Origin: an uncultured Campylobacterales bacterium
GTDB lineage: Bacteria; Campylobacterota; Campylobacteria; Campylobacterales; Sulfurimonadaceae
Direction of reading: 5' to 3'
NCBI GenBank assembly: GCA_903885085.1
Contig: CAISHH010000154.1
Coordinates: forward strand, 1,694 to 65,693
Length of the DNA stretch: 64,000 nt
Shown here: positions 48,032-58,810 of the stretch, piece after piece
Layout of the letters: every line of letters starts with the position of its first letter
Position numbering within the stretch: the stretch's first letter is position 1
Notes under the pieces: generated by a model
Told to the model about the DNA's origin: nothing
The model's input: the letters and a program-made list of their open reading frames with translations, nothing else
The model's database searches: none
Program-made: the position numbers and the translations under genes

Positions 48032-50167
48032 GTGATAAAATATATGGAAATTTTTTCAAAACTCAATATTAAAGAAGTTTTAAACTACCTGCCAGATCCG
48101 ATTATCATCGTTGATTCTTTAGGTAATATACGCTTTGCAAACAACCCTTTTTCTACTCTGCTCGGCTACAATGAAGATGAGCTTAATAATAAAAATATCA
48201 CTCATTACCTTTTAGATAATAGTATTTTCGAAAAATGTATTACAAGTATTAAAGGGAGTAACGCTTCTTCAGATCAAACAACTATATTTGTAGCTAAAAA
48301 TGGGCAACACATCTACACAACTAAGAATGTACGATTTCTCAAAATTGACGATCAAGAATGTATTTTTGTAAATATTCGCAATGTAAGCAATATTGATAAA
48401 CTCAATTATGAACTTCACAGCTCAAAAAAAGAGCTTGAAGCAAAGTCAAAAGAACTCTCAACACTTCTAGATGATCACAAAAAACAAATTATAGCAAAAC
48501 AACTTCAACTCGATGAGATAGTAAATATTATAGACGAGATCATCTGGTATATTGATGATCAAACTATGGCCATCAAATATGTTTCAAATGCTATTGAGAG
48601 AATTTTTGGCGAAAATAAGAATAGTTTTTTAAATGGCTCTTCCCTTTGGATGGATATGATTCATCCCGAGGATCAGCCAAAAGTTCAAAAGTTTTTTCAT
48701 ACCATTCAACCAAGCCATTCTGCCATCATCGAATTTAGAATGATTAAAAAAGATGGCTCTGTACGTTGGCTTTCAAGTACGATCAATCATCACAAATCTC
48801 TCAACTTTTTCATAGGTGTTACCCGAGATATCACGCATGACAAAGAGGTTCAAGAAGAGATGGAATTTATGGCGTTTCATGATGTACTCACAAAACTGCC
48901 AAACAGATCTCTTTTAAAAAATGAGATTAATGCCCTACTGCAAAAATCAAGCACTATTGAGCAACATTTTGCTGTGCTCTTTTTAGATCTTGATAATTTT
49001 AAATATATCAATGATTCTATGGGACATGATGTTGGCGATGAGATTCTCGTTGAAGTAGCCGACAAACTTAGACATAGTGTTGGTAAAAATGGAATCTGTA
49101 CAAGATTTGGCGGTGATGAGTTTGTTATCATCAGTAAAATACAAAACAAAAAGGATATTGCAATTAAAGCACAAAAGATCATAGATGTACTGAATGAACC
49201 TTTTATTGTCAATGACCATGAGTTTTTTATCTCATCTTCCATTGGTATCTCGCTCTACCCTGAAGATGCTGCTAGTGCTACTGGACTTATAAAATCCGCA
49301 GATACTGCGATGTATGAAGCAAAATTAGCCGGAAAAAACAGATTTAGCTTTTTTGACAAATCGATGAACACTAATATTCAAGAGTTTCTTGATATGGAGA
49401 CGCTCATCAAAGATGCGCTCTTACACAACTATTTTGAACTTTACTTTCAACCGCTTATTGATTCATCAACATCTACCCTTTATGGATTTGAAGCGCTTCT
49501 TAGACTGATCCATCCCGAACATGGATTTATCTCTCCTGATAAGTTTATCCCAGTTGCTGAAGCGACAGGTGATATCTTAAAAATCAGTGCTTTTGTTATG
49601 AAAAGTGCTTGTCAATTTTCAAGCGAAATAAACGCTTTGAGCTCACATGATATTTTTGTTTCTGTAAATATCTCTGCTAGACAATTTAAAGAAAAACAGT
49701 TTGCCAGAGAGTTTTTAAAATGTGCTGCGGATTATGGGGCAAATCCTCGTCTTTTAAAAGTGGAAATGACAGAATCAGTGGTTATGGATAACATTACTCT
49801 TGCTATAAAAGAGTTGGATATCTTACGAAAAGCTGGAGTTCAAGTGGCGCTTGATGATTTTGGGACAGGATACTCATCTTTTGAATATCTCGCACAGCTT
49901 CCAATAAACACCATAAAAATCGATAAATCATTTATAATTCCTGTCTTTGACAAAAAAAGCAACGAACATATCGTTGTGGCTATCACATCCTTAGCACATG
50001 CACTCAATATGGATGTCATTGCAGAGGGTGTTGAAACAAACGAACATGTAGACTATCTTAGAAACAACAAGGTCGATATTTTACAAGGCTTTTATTATTC
50101 CAAGGCAATACCTGCAAAACAGATTATCGACAATATAGGCGAGTATAAAAAATTATTTAACCTCTAG
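48032..50167 (+). CDS. Cytoplasmic PAS-PAS-GGDEF-EAL protein
   Basis: Two PAS regions. Canonical GGDEF (RFGGDEFVIIS) and EAL (GFEALLRL, DDFGTGYSSFEYL). The start may be ATG 48044 rather than GTG 48032. Confidence 0.9.
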   Translation: MIKYMEIFSKLNIKEVLNYLPDPIIIVDSLGNIRFANNPFSTLLGYNEDELNNKNITHYLLDNSIFEKCITSIKGSNASSDQTTIFVAKNGQHIYTTKNVRFLKIDDQECIFVNIRNVSNIDKLNYELHSSKKELEAKSKELSTLLDDHKKQIIAKQLQLDEIVNIIDEIIWYIDDQTMAIKYVSNAIERIFGENKNSFLNGSSLWMDMIHPEDQPKVQKFFHTIQPSHSAIIEFRMIKKDGSVRWLSSTINHHKSLNFFIGVTRDITHDKEVQEEMEFMAFHDVLTKLPNRSLLKNEINALLQKSSTIEQHFAVLFLDLDNFKYINDSMGHDVGDEILVEVADKLRHSVGKNGICTRFGGDEFVIISKIQNKKDIAIKAQKIIDVLNEPFIVNDHEFFISSSIGISLYPEDAASATGLIKSADTAMYEAKLAGKNRFSFFDKSMNTNIQEFLDMETLIKDALLHNYFELYFQPLIDSSTSTLYGFEALLRLIHPEHGFISPDKFIPVAEATGDILKISAFVMKSACQFSSEINALSSHDIFVSVNISARQFKEKQFAREFLKCAADYGANPRLLKVEMTESVVMDNITLAIKELDILRKAGVQVALDDFGTGYSSFEYLAQLPINTIKIDKSFIIPVFDKKSNEHIVVAITSLAHALNMDVIAEGVETNEHVDYLRNNKVDILQGFYYSKAIPAKQIIDNIGEYKKLFNL

Positions 50168-50176
50168 GAGCACCTC

Positions 50177-52261
50177 ATGAAGAGTATCTACATTGCCTCA
50201 AGTAGTCAAAATGCAGGTAGCTTACTTGTCACCATGGGACTTATGGATATCATCAGTCGTAAAATCCATAAAGTTGCTTTTTTTAAACCCATCATTTCAA
50301 ATGTAAAAGACTTAGATATCGAGTTTATTCGATCACGATATGCGCTTGATGTGAGCTACGAAGAGAGCTATGGCTTTGAGCTCTCTTATGTTCAAATGAT
50401 GATTGCTAAAAATCAAACTGATGAACTCATCGAAGAACTCATCCTAAAATACAAACGACTTGAAGAAAAATATGATTTTATAGTCTGCCAAGGGATACAA
50501 AAAAGTTCTCTTATCCCCTCTTTTGACTTTGATATCAATATAAAAATAGCTCAGAATTTTGCAACCCCTTTTGTCAATGTGATCAATGCAAAAGGCTTAC
50601 ATGCGGAGTGCTCTCTGGGCGTAAGTGAACTCATAGAAACTTATGAGATTGATAAACAAAATATTCTCTCGCAAAAATGCTTTCATTTCGCAACTTTTAT
50701 CAACCGTATTAATCCTCTTTGCTATGAAGAGTTACAAGCGAAACTTCCAAAAGAAAATCTCTATCTTCTGCGAGAGATTCCTGAGCTCGACACTCCAACC
50801 ATCGGAGATATCATAGATAATTTGGAAGCAAAAAAAGTTCTTCTAAAAAATGAAGATAGAGCGAAACTGGTCAAACAGATCAAAGTCGCAGCCCTTACTT
50901 TGGATAATTTTTTAGATCATATAGAAGATGGAGATCTTGTTATTGTCCCAGCAGATAGATCTGAGATTATCGTCGGACTTTTATGTGCTTTGCAATCTCA
51001 AAATTTTGCAAGTATCTCTGGAGTTATCATCCCATTTGATATGGAAATACACCCAAATATCTTAGCGCTTATCAATGGTGTCAATGAATGCAGTTTTCCC
51101 ATCATCCGCGTTGCCACTGACACCTATACAACAGCACTCAACATTACCGCAACAAAAGCAAAACTCAAATCCTATGATGAAAGAAAGATTGCCCTTTCTC
51201 TGGGACTTTTTAATGAAAACGTAGACATTAATGCCATCGAGGCAAGGATCAGAATCACGACTTCACAAATTATGACACCGATGATGTTTGAATACAAAAT
51301 CTCCTATATGGCAAAAAATGCCAAAAAAACTATCGTACTACCGGAGAGTGAAGATGACAGAATCCTTCGTGCAACGGAGATTATCCTAAGACGCCACCTT
51401 GCCAAGATCATCCTTTTAGGCGATAGTGAAACCATAAAACAAAGATCTTTGCAACTAGGACTTGATATCTCTCAAGCTACAATCATCAATCCTCTTGAGA
51501 GTGAAAAACTTCAACAATATTCTGAGATTTTTTATGAATCCAGAAAAGCAAAAGGTCTCTCTTTGCAAGCCGCTAAAGATGCTTTGAATCATAAAACCTA
51601 TTTCGCGACGATGATGGTTCACACCGGAGAAGCAGATGCTATGGTCAGCGGAGCTTCGCACACCACAGCGGACACAATTCGTCCAGCCCTTCAGATCATC
51701 AAGACACATCCAGATGTTTCCATCGTTTCAAGCCTCTTTTTTATGTGTTTAGATACGCAAGTATTAGTCTACGCCGATTGTGCCGTCAATCAAGACCCGA
51801 CCGCCGAAGAACTTGCACAAATAGCGATCTCGACAGCAAAAACAGCATCACAGTTTGCCATTGAGCCAAAAATAGCGATGCTTTCCTATTCGACTGGTGA
51901 TTCTGGAAGTGGCGATGATGTGGACAAAGTAAAAAAAGCGACTGAAATTATAAAAAAACAATATCCCTCTTTACTCATCGATGGACCCATCCAGTATGAT
52001 GCGGCCATCGATAAAGGAGTTGCAAAAGCAAAACTTCCCAATTCAAAAGTGGCGGGCGAGGCAAATATATTTATCTTTCCCGATCTCAACACCGGAAACA
52101 ATACCTATAAAGCTGTTCAACGCTCAACTGGAGCCATCGCCATTGGGCCGATACTTCAAGGACTAAACAAACCTGTGAACGATCTCAGCCGTGGATGCAG
52201 TGTTGCCGACATTGTAAACACTGTAGCCATTACGGCAATACAAGCAGGACAGATACAATGA
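50177..52261 (+). CDS. pta: Phosphate acetyltransferase (long form)
   Basis: 694 aa with an N-terminal regulatory half and a C-terminal PTA_PTB domain (YADCAVNQDP, GEANIFIFPDLNTGNNTYKAVQR). Confidence 0.93.
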   Translation: MKSIYIASSSQNAGSLLVTMGLMDIISRKIHKVAFFKPIISNVKDLDIEFIRSRYALDVSYEESYGFELSYVQMMIAKNQTDELIEELILKYKRLEEKYDFIVCQGIQKSSLIPSFDFDINIKIAQNFATPFVNVINAKGLHAECSLGVSELIETYEIDKQNILSQKCFHFATFINRINPLCYEELQAKLPKENLYLLREIPELDTPTIGDIIDNLEAKKVLLKNEDRAKLVKQIKVAALTLDNFLDHIEDGDLVIVPADRSEIIVGLLCALQSQNFASISGVIIPFDMEIHPNILALINGVNECSFPIIRVATDTYTTALNITATKAKLKSYDERKIALSLGLFNENVDINAIEARIRITTSQIMTPMMFEYKISYMAKNAKKTIVLPESEDDRILRATEIILRRHLAKIILLGDSETIKQRSLQLGLDISQATIINPLESEKLQQYSEIFYESRKAKGLSLQAAKDALNHKTYFATMMVHTGEADAMVSGASHTTADTIRPALQIIKTHPDVSIVSSLFFMCLDTQVLVYADCAVNQDPTAEELAQIAISTAKTASQFAIEPKIAMLSYSTGDSGSGDDVDKVKKATEIIKKQYPSLLIDGPIQYDAAIDKGVAKAKLPNSKVAGEANIFIFPDLNTGNNTYKAVQRSTGAIAIGPILQGLNKPVNDLSRGCSVADIVNTVAITAIQAGQIQ

Positions 52262-53361
52262 GAGCACTTGTTCTAAACTCTGGCAGTTCTTCCATAAAAT
52301 TTAAAATATTTGATATGGGTTCTCAAAAAGTTCTAAATAAAGGAACTATAGAAGAGCTCAAAGGCAACCGGCATAAAGAGCTTGAAAAGATTATTAACTC
52401 TATGGAGAGGATTGATTTTATCGCTCATCGCGTTGTTCACGGCGGTCATACTTTTACACAAGCCACCATTATCGATGACGCAGTCATAAAAGCGATAGAT
52501 GAGCTTTCCCCTCTCGCTCCTTTACATAATCCTGCAAATTTGGATGGCATATTGACGGCAAAAGCTCTCGCTCCAAACACCCTACAAATAGCCGTTTTTG
52601 ATACAGCCTTTCATGAAGATATGCCGCCTTCATCTTACATGTACGCCTTGCCGCAGGAACTTTATACCAAATATAATGTTCGTCGTTACGGTTTTCACGG
52701 AACTTCACACAACTATCTTTTAAAAGAGTGCGCAAGGCTGATGAAAAAAGATATAAATGAGCTCAATATCATCACTCTCCATCTTGGAAATGGGGCGAGT
52801 GCTACGGCTATAAAAAATGGAAAATCTTATGACACATCTATGGGTTTTACTCCGCTTGAAGGTCTTGTAATGGGAACAAGAAGCGGTGACTTTGATCCGG
52901 CGATACTTTTGTATCTTCACAAATTCGGGCTTAACTATAAAGAGCTCGATGAACTTGTCAATCAAAAAAGCGGACTCCTTGGAATCTGCGGTAGTAGTGA
53001 TGTGAGAGAGATTCTAAGTAGAGATGATGAAGATGCAAAACTGGCACTAGCGATCATGACACAAAGAGTAAAAAAATATATTGGCTCTTATATCGCGATT
53101 CTTGGACGTGTTGATGCCATCGTCTTTAGCGGAGGAATTGGAGAGCATAGCTATCATGTAAGGAAAATGATACTTGATGGATTCGATGAAGCGTTTGATA
53201 TTTATATGGATGATGAAAAAAATAACAACGTAAAAACTAGCGCTACTCTTATCTCACAGGAGAAAAGTAAAATCGCTCTCTATGTTATCCCAACTGATGA
53301 AGAGTTGGAGATTGCACATCAAGCTTTTGCTCTTTTAAAAGAGGATACACTCATAAAATAG
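52258..53361 (+). CDS. ackA: Acetate kinase
   Basis: MRALVLNSGSSSIKFKIF, HRVVHGG, RYGFHGTSH, HLGNGASA, FSGGIGE. The ATG at 52258 overlaps the pta stop (ATGA). The track start at 52195 lies inside pta. Confidence 0.93.
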   Translation: MRALVLNSGSSSIKFKIFDMGSQKVLNKGTIEELKGNRHKELEKIINSMERIDFIAHRVVHGGHTFTQATIIDDAVIKAIDELSPLAPLHNPANLDGILTAKALAPNTLQIAVFDTAFHEDMPPSSYMYALPQELYTKYNVRRYGFHGTSHNYLLKECARLMKKDINELNIITLHLGNGASATAIKNGKSYDTSMGFTPLEGLVMGTRSGDFDPAILLYLHKFGLNYKELDELVNQKSGLLGICGSSDVREILSRDDEDAKLALAIMTQRVKKYIGSYIAILGRVDAIVFSGGIGEHSYHVRKMILDGFDEAFDIYMDDEKNNNVKTSATLISQEKSKIALYVIPTDEELEIAHQAFALLKEDTLIK

Positions 53362-54392
53362 AATATACCTATCCATAAAATCATGCTGCTGGCAATCGAG
53401 ATAATTCCACCGTTTTCTTCTGCATGTAAGAGTGATTTGGGATTAATATTCAAACTGCTAAAAAGATAATCAAGACTGAGTCCAAAGATCACGCTTCCAA
53501 AAACTATGCTACTGAGATAAATGATCATTGAGCGTTTTCCTAACATCTTTTTTACCACGCCAATCGTCACAGTATTTGTAGCTGGACCCGCACTTAAAAA
53601 CACAAATGCCGCTCCCGCACTTACACCTGAGAGCATCAGCGCCGCAGCAATCGGCAGTGACGCCGTAGCACAAACATACATAGGTACTGCAATAGCAATA
53701 GCAATGATATATGAAAGCCAAGAGTATTCAATCAAAATATCACTCAAATTTTGAGGGATAAAAGAGCTTATTAACGCTCCAATGACCAAACCCCAAAACA
53801 GAGGTTTTGCTATATCTCCAAGAAGAGTCACAAAAGCATATTTTATTGCCCTCTTCATAGAAAATTTTGTTTTTTCACTTGATGAACTACAACAAGAAGA
53901 TGTTGAACAGCAACTTGCCGTCGCGGAGTTGTCTGATGAGAGAGAAAATTTAGGCTTAACAATTTCTTCTTCTTTATCAAAAATATTTGTAAGGATACCC
54001 GCTATCACAGCTATGACCATAGAAGTAAAAACTCTATAAAAAGTAAATATCCATCCAAACATTCCGTAAGTTGCAAGTATGGAATCAACTCCTGTTATCG
54101 GTGTTGAGATCAAAAATGAAAGAGTGGCTCCGCGACTTGCACCGCTTTTTTTGATGCTTGTTGCAAGTGGAATGACACCACATGAGCACACCGGCAAAGG
54201 AACTCCAAAAAGTGTTGCTTTGAGTACAGAAGAGATACTCTCCTTGCCTAAGTGTTTTGTAACTAAACTCTCAGGAACCACCTCATGTAAGACTCCGGCA
54301 AATAAAAGTCCAAATAAAATATAGGGTGCCATTGCATTGCTAAGACTCATCAGGGAGTCTAAAAATATTGATATATATATTCCATCGTGCAT
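53319..54392 (-). CDS. Permease of the ArsP/DUF318 type (putative metal-ion transporter) with Cys-rich loop
   Basis: LFGVPLPVCSCGVIPLATS...GASRGATLSFLISTPITGVDSI is typical of this family. Central loop ASCCSTSSCCSSSS. The 3' end overlaps ackA convergently by 43 nt. Confidence 0.65.
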   Translation of the reverse strand: MHDGIYISIFLDSLMSLSNAMAPYILFGLLFAGVLHEVVPESLVTKHLGKESISSVLKATLFGVPLPVCSCGVIPLATSIKKSGASRGATLSFLISTPITGVDSILATYGMFGWIFTFYRVFTSMVIAVIAGILTNIFDKEEEIVKPKFSLSSDNSATASCCSTSSCCSSSSEKTKFSMKRAIKYAFVTLLGDIAKPLFWGLVIGALISSFIPQNLSDILIEYSWLSYIIAIAIAVPMYVCATASLPIAAALMLSGVSAGAAFVFLSAGPATNTVTIGVVKKMLGKRSMIIYLSSIVFGSVIFGLSLDYLFSSLNINPKSLLHAEENGGIISIASSMILWIGIFYFMSVSSFKRAKA

Positions 54393-54518
54393 ACCTTTTT
54401 ATAATTCTGGGATTGTATTCCTTTGTACTTCAAAAGAGATAAATAAAAAAATATAAATTTTACTAAAAGTTTCTATGACCGATGTTATTTGCATAAAAGT
54501 AACTGAAAAAGGATTATC

Positions 54519-55061
54519 ATGCAAGTCAATACAAATATAAATAAAACAGATCTTTATACAAAATATGAAGAGGTAAAAATTCAAAAGAAAGAAGAGGTAA
54601 AAAGCAGTTATAGTGATCTCAGATCACAGCTTCAAAAAAATTCTATGGGATTTAGTAGCCTTTCAATGGATGCTCAGGCAAAAGTTTCTGGCAGTGCTAA
54701 GGGACAAATGGATCTAAATCAAAAAGATTTTCAAAGTTTTCTAAAAGATATAGGCTATAACGGCAAAAATATCGCAGATCTCTCACAAAGTGAAGCGAAG
54801 AAACTTGTAGCTGATGATGGTTTTTTTGGCGTTACGAAGACTGCACAAAGAATAGCTGATTTTGTCATCAACGGTGCTGGAGATAATGAGGGGATGCTTC
54901 GTGCTGGACGATCTGGAATCATGCAGGGTTTTAATGATGCACAAAAAGCTTGGGGTGACAAACTTCCCGATATCAGCCAACAAACAATTACAAAAGCGAC
55001 AGACCTCATCAACCAAAAGATGACTGATCTTGGATATTCTGTCTTGGACACGAATGCTTAA
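54519..55061 (+). CDS. Hypothetical protein
   Basis: 180 aa, no TM. The segment DGFFGVTKTAQRIADFVINGAG... reminds me of a conserved domain of unknown function, but I cannot name it reliably. Confidence 0.55.
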   Translation: MQVNTNINKTDLYTKYEEVKIQKKEEVKSSYSDLRSQLQKNSMGFSSLSMDAQAKVSGSAKGQMDLNQKDFQSFLKDIGYNGKNIADLSQSEAKKLVADDGFFGVTKTAQRIADFVINGAGDNEGMLRAGRSGIMQGFNDAQKAWGDKLPDISQQTITKATDLINQKMTDLGYSVLDTNA

Positions 55062-55140
55062 TTTATAAGCAATTCTCTGTTTCATATATACTCTTTCATC
55101 GATATACTTTCGCTATAAGTAGTTATAGCAAGGAAAAAAG

Positions 55141-56019
55141 ATGAAAGAATATATCGAAATATATAACAAAAACAGAGAGAAAATTGAGACTATTATAGAA
55201 AATAGTATTGAAGGTCTCGGTAAGATCAACAATGAAGCACATAACTTTTATAAAAAACTTTTTGTCACTTTTCCCTCACTTGAAATCATATATATTGTCG
55301 ATGCAACAACAAAGGTTCAAACATCTGCAAATATCTACAGTCAATATAACGACGACTCTGAGAGACAAAAAAGCAGAAGTTACCTCATCAATAAACTTCA
55401 AATCAAAGAAAACAACTTTGCATTTACAAACCCTTACCAAAGTTCAACAACAGGAACTCTTTGCATCACTGTTTCAAAAAAAGAGGGAAATGAGATTATC
55501 TTTATGGATTTTGCTTTAGAGAAGTTGCTTGAACGTGTCGGGCTTATCGAAAAACATGTTTACTTTAGCAAGATAATCAAATCCTTCTATTTTATAGCTG
55601 GTTTTTTTATGATGTTACTTTCTATGGCAGCAATCATTTATGGTGGATATGATTTTATAAGTACCATTACTCAAAATAGTTTGAACATTGATGCTATATT
55701 TAAACCTGTTATCGCAACGACTCTTGGTCTTGCTATCTTTGACTTAGCAAAAACAGTGCTTGAACAGGAAGTATTCTTTAAAAGTTATTCAAAAGATTCA
55801 CGTATCGAGATAAAGATACTCACAAAATTTCTTATCACTATTTTGATAGCGCTTTCTATTGAGACACTGATGGTCGTATTTAAAATAGCAATAGAAAACT
55901 ATGACAAGATGATCAATGCACTGTATCTTATGGGTGGGATCTCATTTATCATCATCTCTCTTGCTCTTCTTATTTTCTTAACAAAAGAGAAGAAAGAGAT
56001 TACTACTGTTAATGACTAA
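55141..56019 (+). CDS. Hypothetical membrane protein (soluble ~135-aa N-domain plus ~4 TM helices)
   Basis: 292-aa ORF with RBS AAGGAAAAAAG. The hydrophobic C-terminal half has four helices. Confidence 0.55.
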   Translation: MKEYIEIYNKNREKIETIIENSIEGLGKINNEAHNFYKKLFVTFPSLEIIYIVDATTKVQTSANIYSQYNDDSERQKSRSYLINKLQIKENNFAFTNPYQSSTTGTLCITVSKKEGNEIIFMDFALEKLLERVGLIEKHVYFSKIIKSFYFIAGFFMMLLSMAAIIYGGYDFISTITQNSLNIDAIFKPVIATTLGLAIFDLAKTVLEQEVFFKSYSKDSRIEIKILTKFLITILIALSIETLMVVFKIAIENYDKMINALYLMGGISFIIISLALLIFLTKEKKEITTVND

Positions 56020-56329
56020 CTAATTTTAATCCCACAATAGAGCCTATGAGAGTACAAAGAAAAAATATTCTCATAGCACTAGCAGGTTCGTCATATATTA
56101 TTATCCCAACAATAGCGGCTCCCGTTGCGCCAATACCCGTCCAAACTGCATAAGCTGTCCCAACTGGAATATGCTCAATCGCTTTTGTCAGCATGTAAAA
56201 ACTACTTACCGCAAATATTAAAAAGGCGATTGTCGGTATTAACTTCGTAAAGTTTTCTGTTAACTTCATGGTTGATGCAAAGCCAATCTCTAAAATGCCT
56301 GCAAATATCAAATATGTCCATTCTGACAT
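56009..56329 (-). CDS. sugE: SMR-family small multidrug/guanidinium exporter (SugE/Gdx-like)
   Basis: 106 aa with 4 TM helices. Conserved Glu in TM1 (AGILEIGFA) and PVGTAYAVWTGIGA. Confidence 0.85.
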   Translation of the reverse strand: MSEWTYLIFAGILEIGFASTMKLTENFTKLIPTIAFLIFAVSSFYMLTKAIEHIPVGTAYAVWTGIGATGAAIVGIIIYDEPASAMRIFFLCTLIGSIVGLKLVSH

Positions 56330-56408
56330 CGTATCTCCTGGAAATAGCTTTTTAAAAATAGAACATAAAGTGAAAAAGTATGGTTTGGAAAAATTTTAAA
56401 GGAGGTTT

Positions 56409-56433
56409 GAAACTCCTGAAGATAAGGAGTTTC
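56409..56433 (-). terminator. Hairpin downstream of groEL
   Basis: GAAACTCCT-7 nt-AGGAGTTTC, a perfect 9-bp stem 19 nt after the groEL stop. The T-rich tract is not immediately adjacent. Confidence 0.45.
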
Positions 56434-56451
56434 GGAGGATGACTAAGATGA

Positions 56452-58077
<1,626 letters not shown>

Positions 58078-58209
58078 AAATTTATTCCTTAATTTTATTT
58101 TGTAAAATGAAGAGAATCCTTCATTTATTTATTACGGTCAAGGAATAAAATCCCTTAACTTGCGTTAACACTAGGTTTCCTTCAGCAGGAAGATCAATAG
58201 GTCAATCTT

Positions 58210-58470
58210 TTATTTCACGATTCCAAAAACGTCATCAACGTCAATCACGATATACTTAGTGCCACCAAAAGACAACTCATTTCCACTATATTTTCCAAAT
58301 ACGACAGTATCTCCATTTGTGATACTTTTCACTTCTTCACTAACTGCAACTACTTTGCCTTGAGACGGCTTTTCTTTCGCATTATCTGGGATTATTATAC
58401 CAGTAGATGTAGTGCTAGCCTCTTCCATACGCTCAACTAAAATACGGTTTCCTAGTGGTTGAAAATTCAT
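58210..58470 (-). CDS. groES: Co-chaperonin GroES
   Basis: 86 aa. [14 protein letters not shown]...[20 protein letters not shown].... Confidence 0.97.
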   Translation of the reverse strand: MNFQPLGNRILVERMEEASTTSTGIIIPDNAKEKPSQGKVVAVSEEVKSITNGDTVVFGKYSGNELSFGGTKYIVIDVDDVFGIVK

Positions 58471-58497
58471 ATATTTTCTCCTAAATAATTTTAAGAG

Positions 58498-58526
58498 ATT
58501 TTACAAGATTTAAGTAACAATGTCAA
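58498..58526 (-). promoter_or_regulatory. Sigma-70-type promoter of groES-groEL
   Basis: Minus strand reads TTGACA (58526-58521), a 17-nt spacer, then TAAAAT (58503-58498). AGGAG follows at 58482-58478, 7 nt before the ATG. Confidence 0.6.
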
Positions 58527-58685
58527 CGAATTGAGTCAAATAGACTAAGAGATATTTATTGTTTATGACTATAGTTTATAAATTATTCAAATAAAAACGT
58601 ACTTGAAAAGAAATTTAATGAAGAAAAAAACTCATTTTAAGAATTATAAAGGTTTACTAATATATAATTCTGCCTCTAAAAAGAT

Positions 58686-58762
58686 GTCAAGGTAGCTCAG
58701 CTGGTTAGAGCACTGGTCTCATAAGCCGGGGGTCGCGGGTTCAAGTCCCGCTCTTGACACCA
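58686..58762 (+). tRNA. tRNA with CAT anticodon (Met; lysidine-type Ile2 not excluded)
   Basis: 77-nt cloverleaf folded by hand. Acceptor GTCAAGG/TCTTGAC, D arm GCTC..GAGC, anticodon stem CTGGT/GCCGG with loop CTCATAA (CAT at 58720-58722), T arm GCGGG-TTCAAGT-CCCGC, and encoded CCA. It is not initiator-like, as it lacks the GGG/CCC anticodon stem. Confidence 0.9.
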
Positions 58763-58767
58763 CCAAC
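58758..58767 (+). repeat. Left copy of 10-bp direct repeat CACCACCAAC (candidate att core at the tRNA 3' end)
   Basis: The same 10-mer occurs at 62840-62849. It covers the last 5 nt of the tRNA (C-A-CCA) plus 5 nt downstream. Confidence 0.35.
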
Positions 58768-58810
58768 AAACTCCCTATTTTACGCAACAAAATCAACTTT
58801 TAGCTTAAAC

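Noticed and set aside
56330-56451. Guanidine riboswitch (ykkC or mini-ykkC) upstream of the SugE/Gdx-like exporter.
   Set aside because: There are no paired ACGR-loop hairpins or ykkC-like conserved GGGA/ACGR elements. The only strong stem looks like the groEL terminator.
58527-58560. Heat-shock operator (CIRCE TTAGCACTC-N9-GAGTGCTAA, or HspR HAIR CTTGAGT-N7-ACTCAAG) upstream of groES.
   Set aside because: There is no CIRCE-like sequence. ATTGAGT-N7-ACTAAGA (58530-58550) matches the HAIR left arm 6 of 7 but the right arm only 4 of 7, which is too weak to call.
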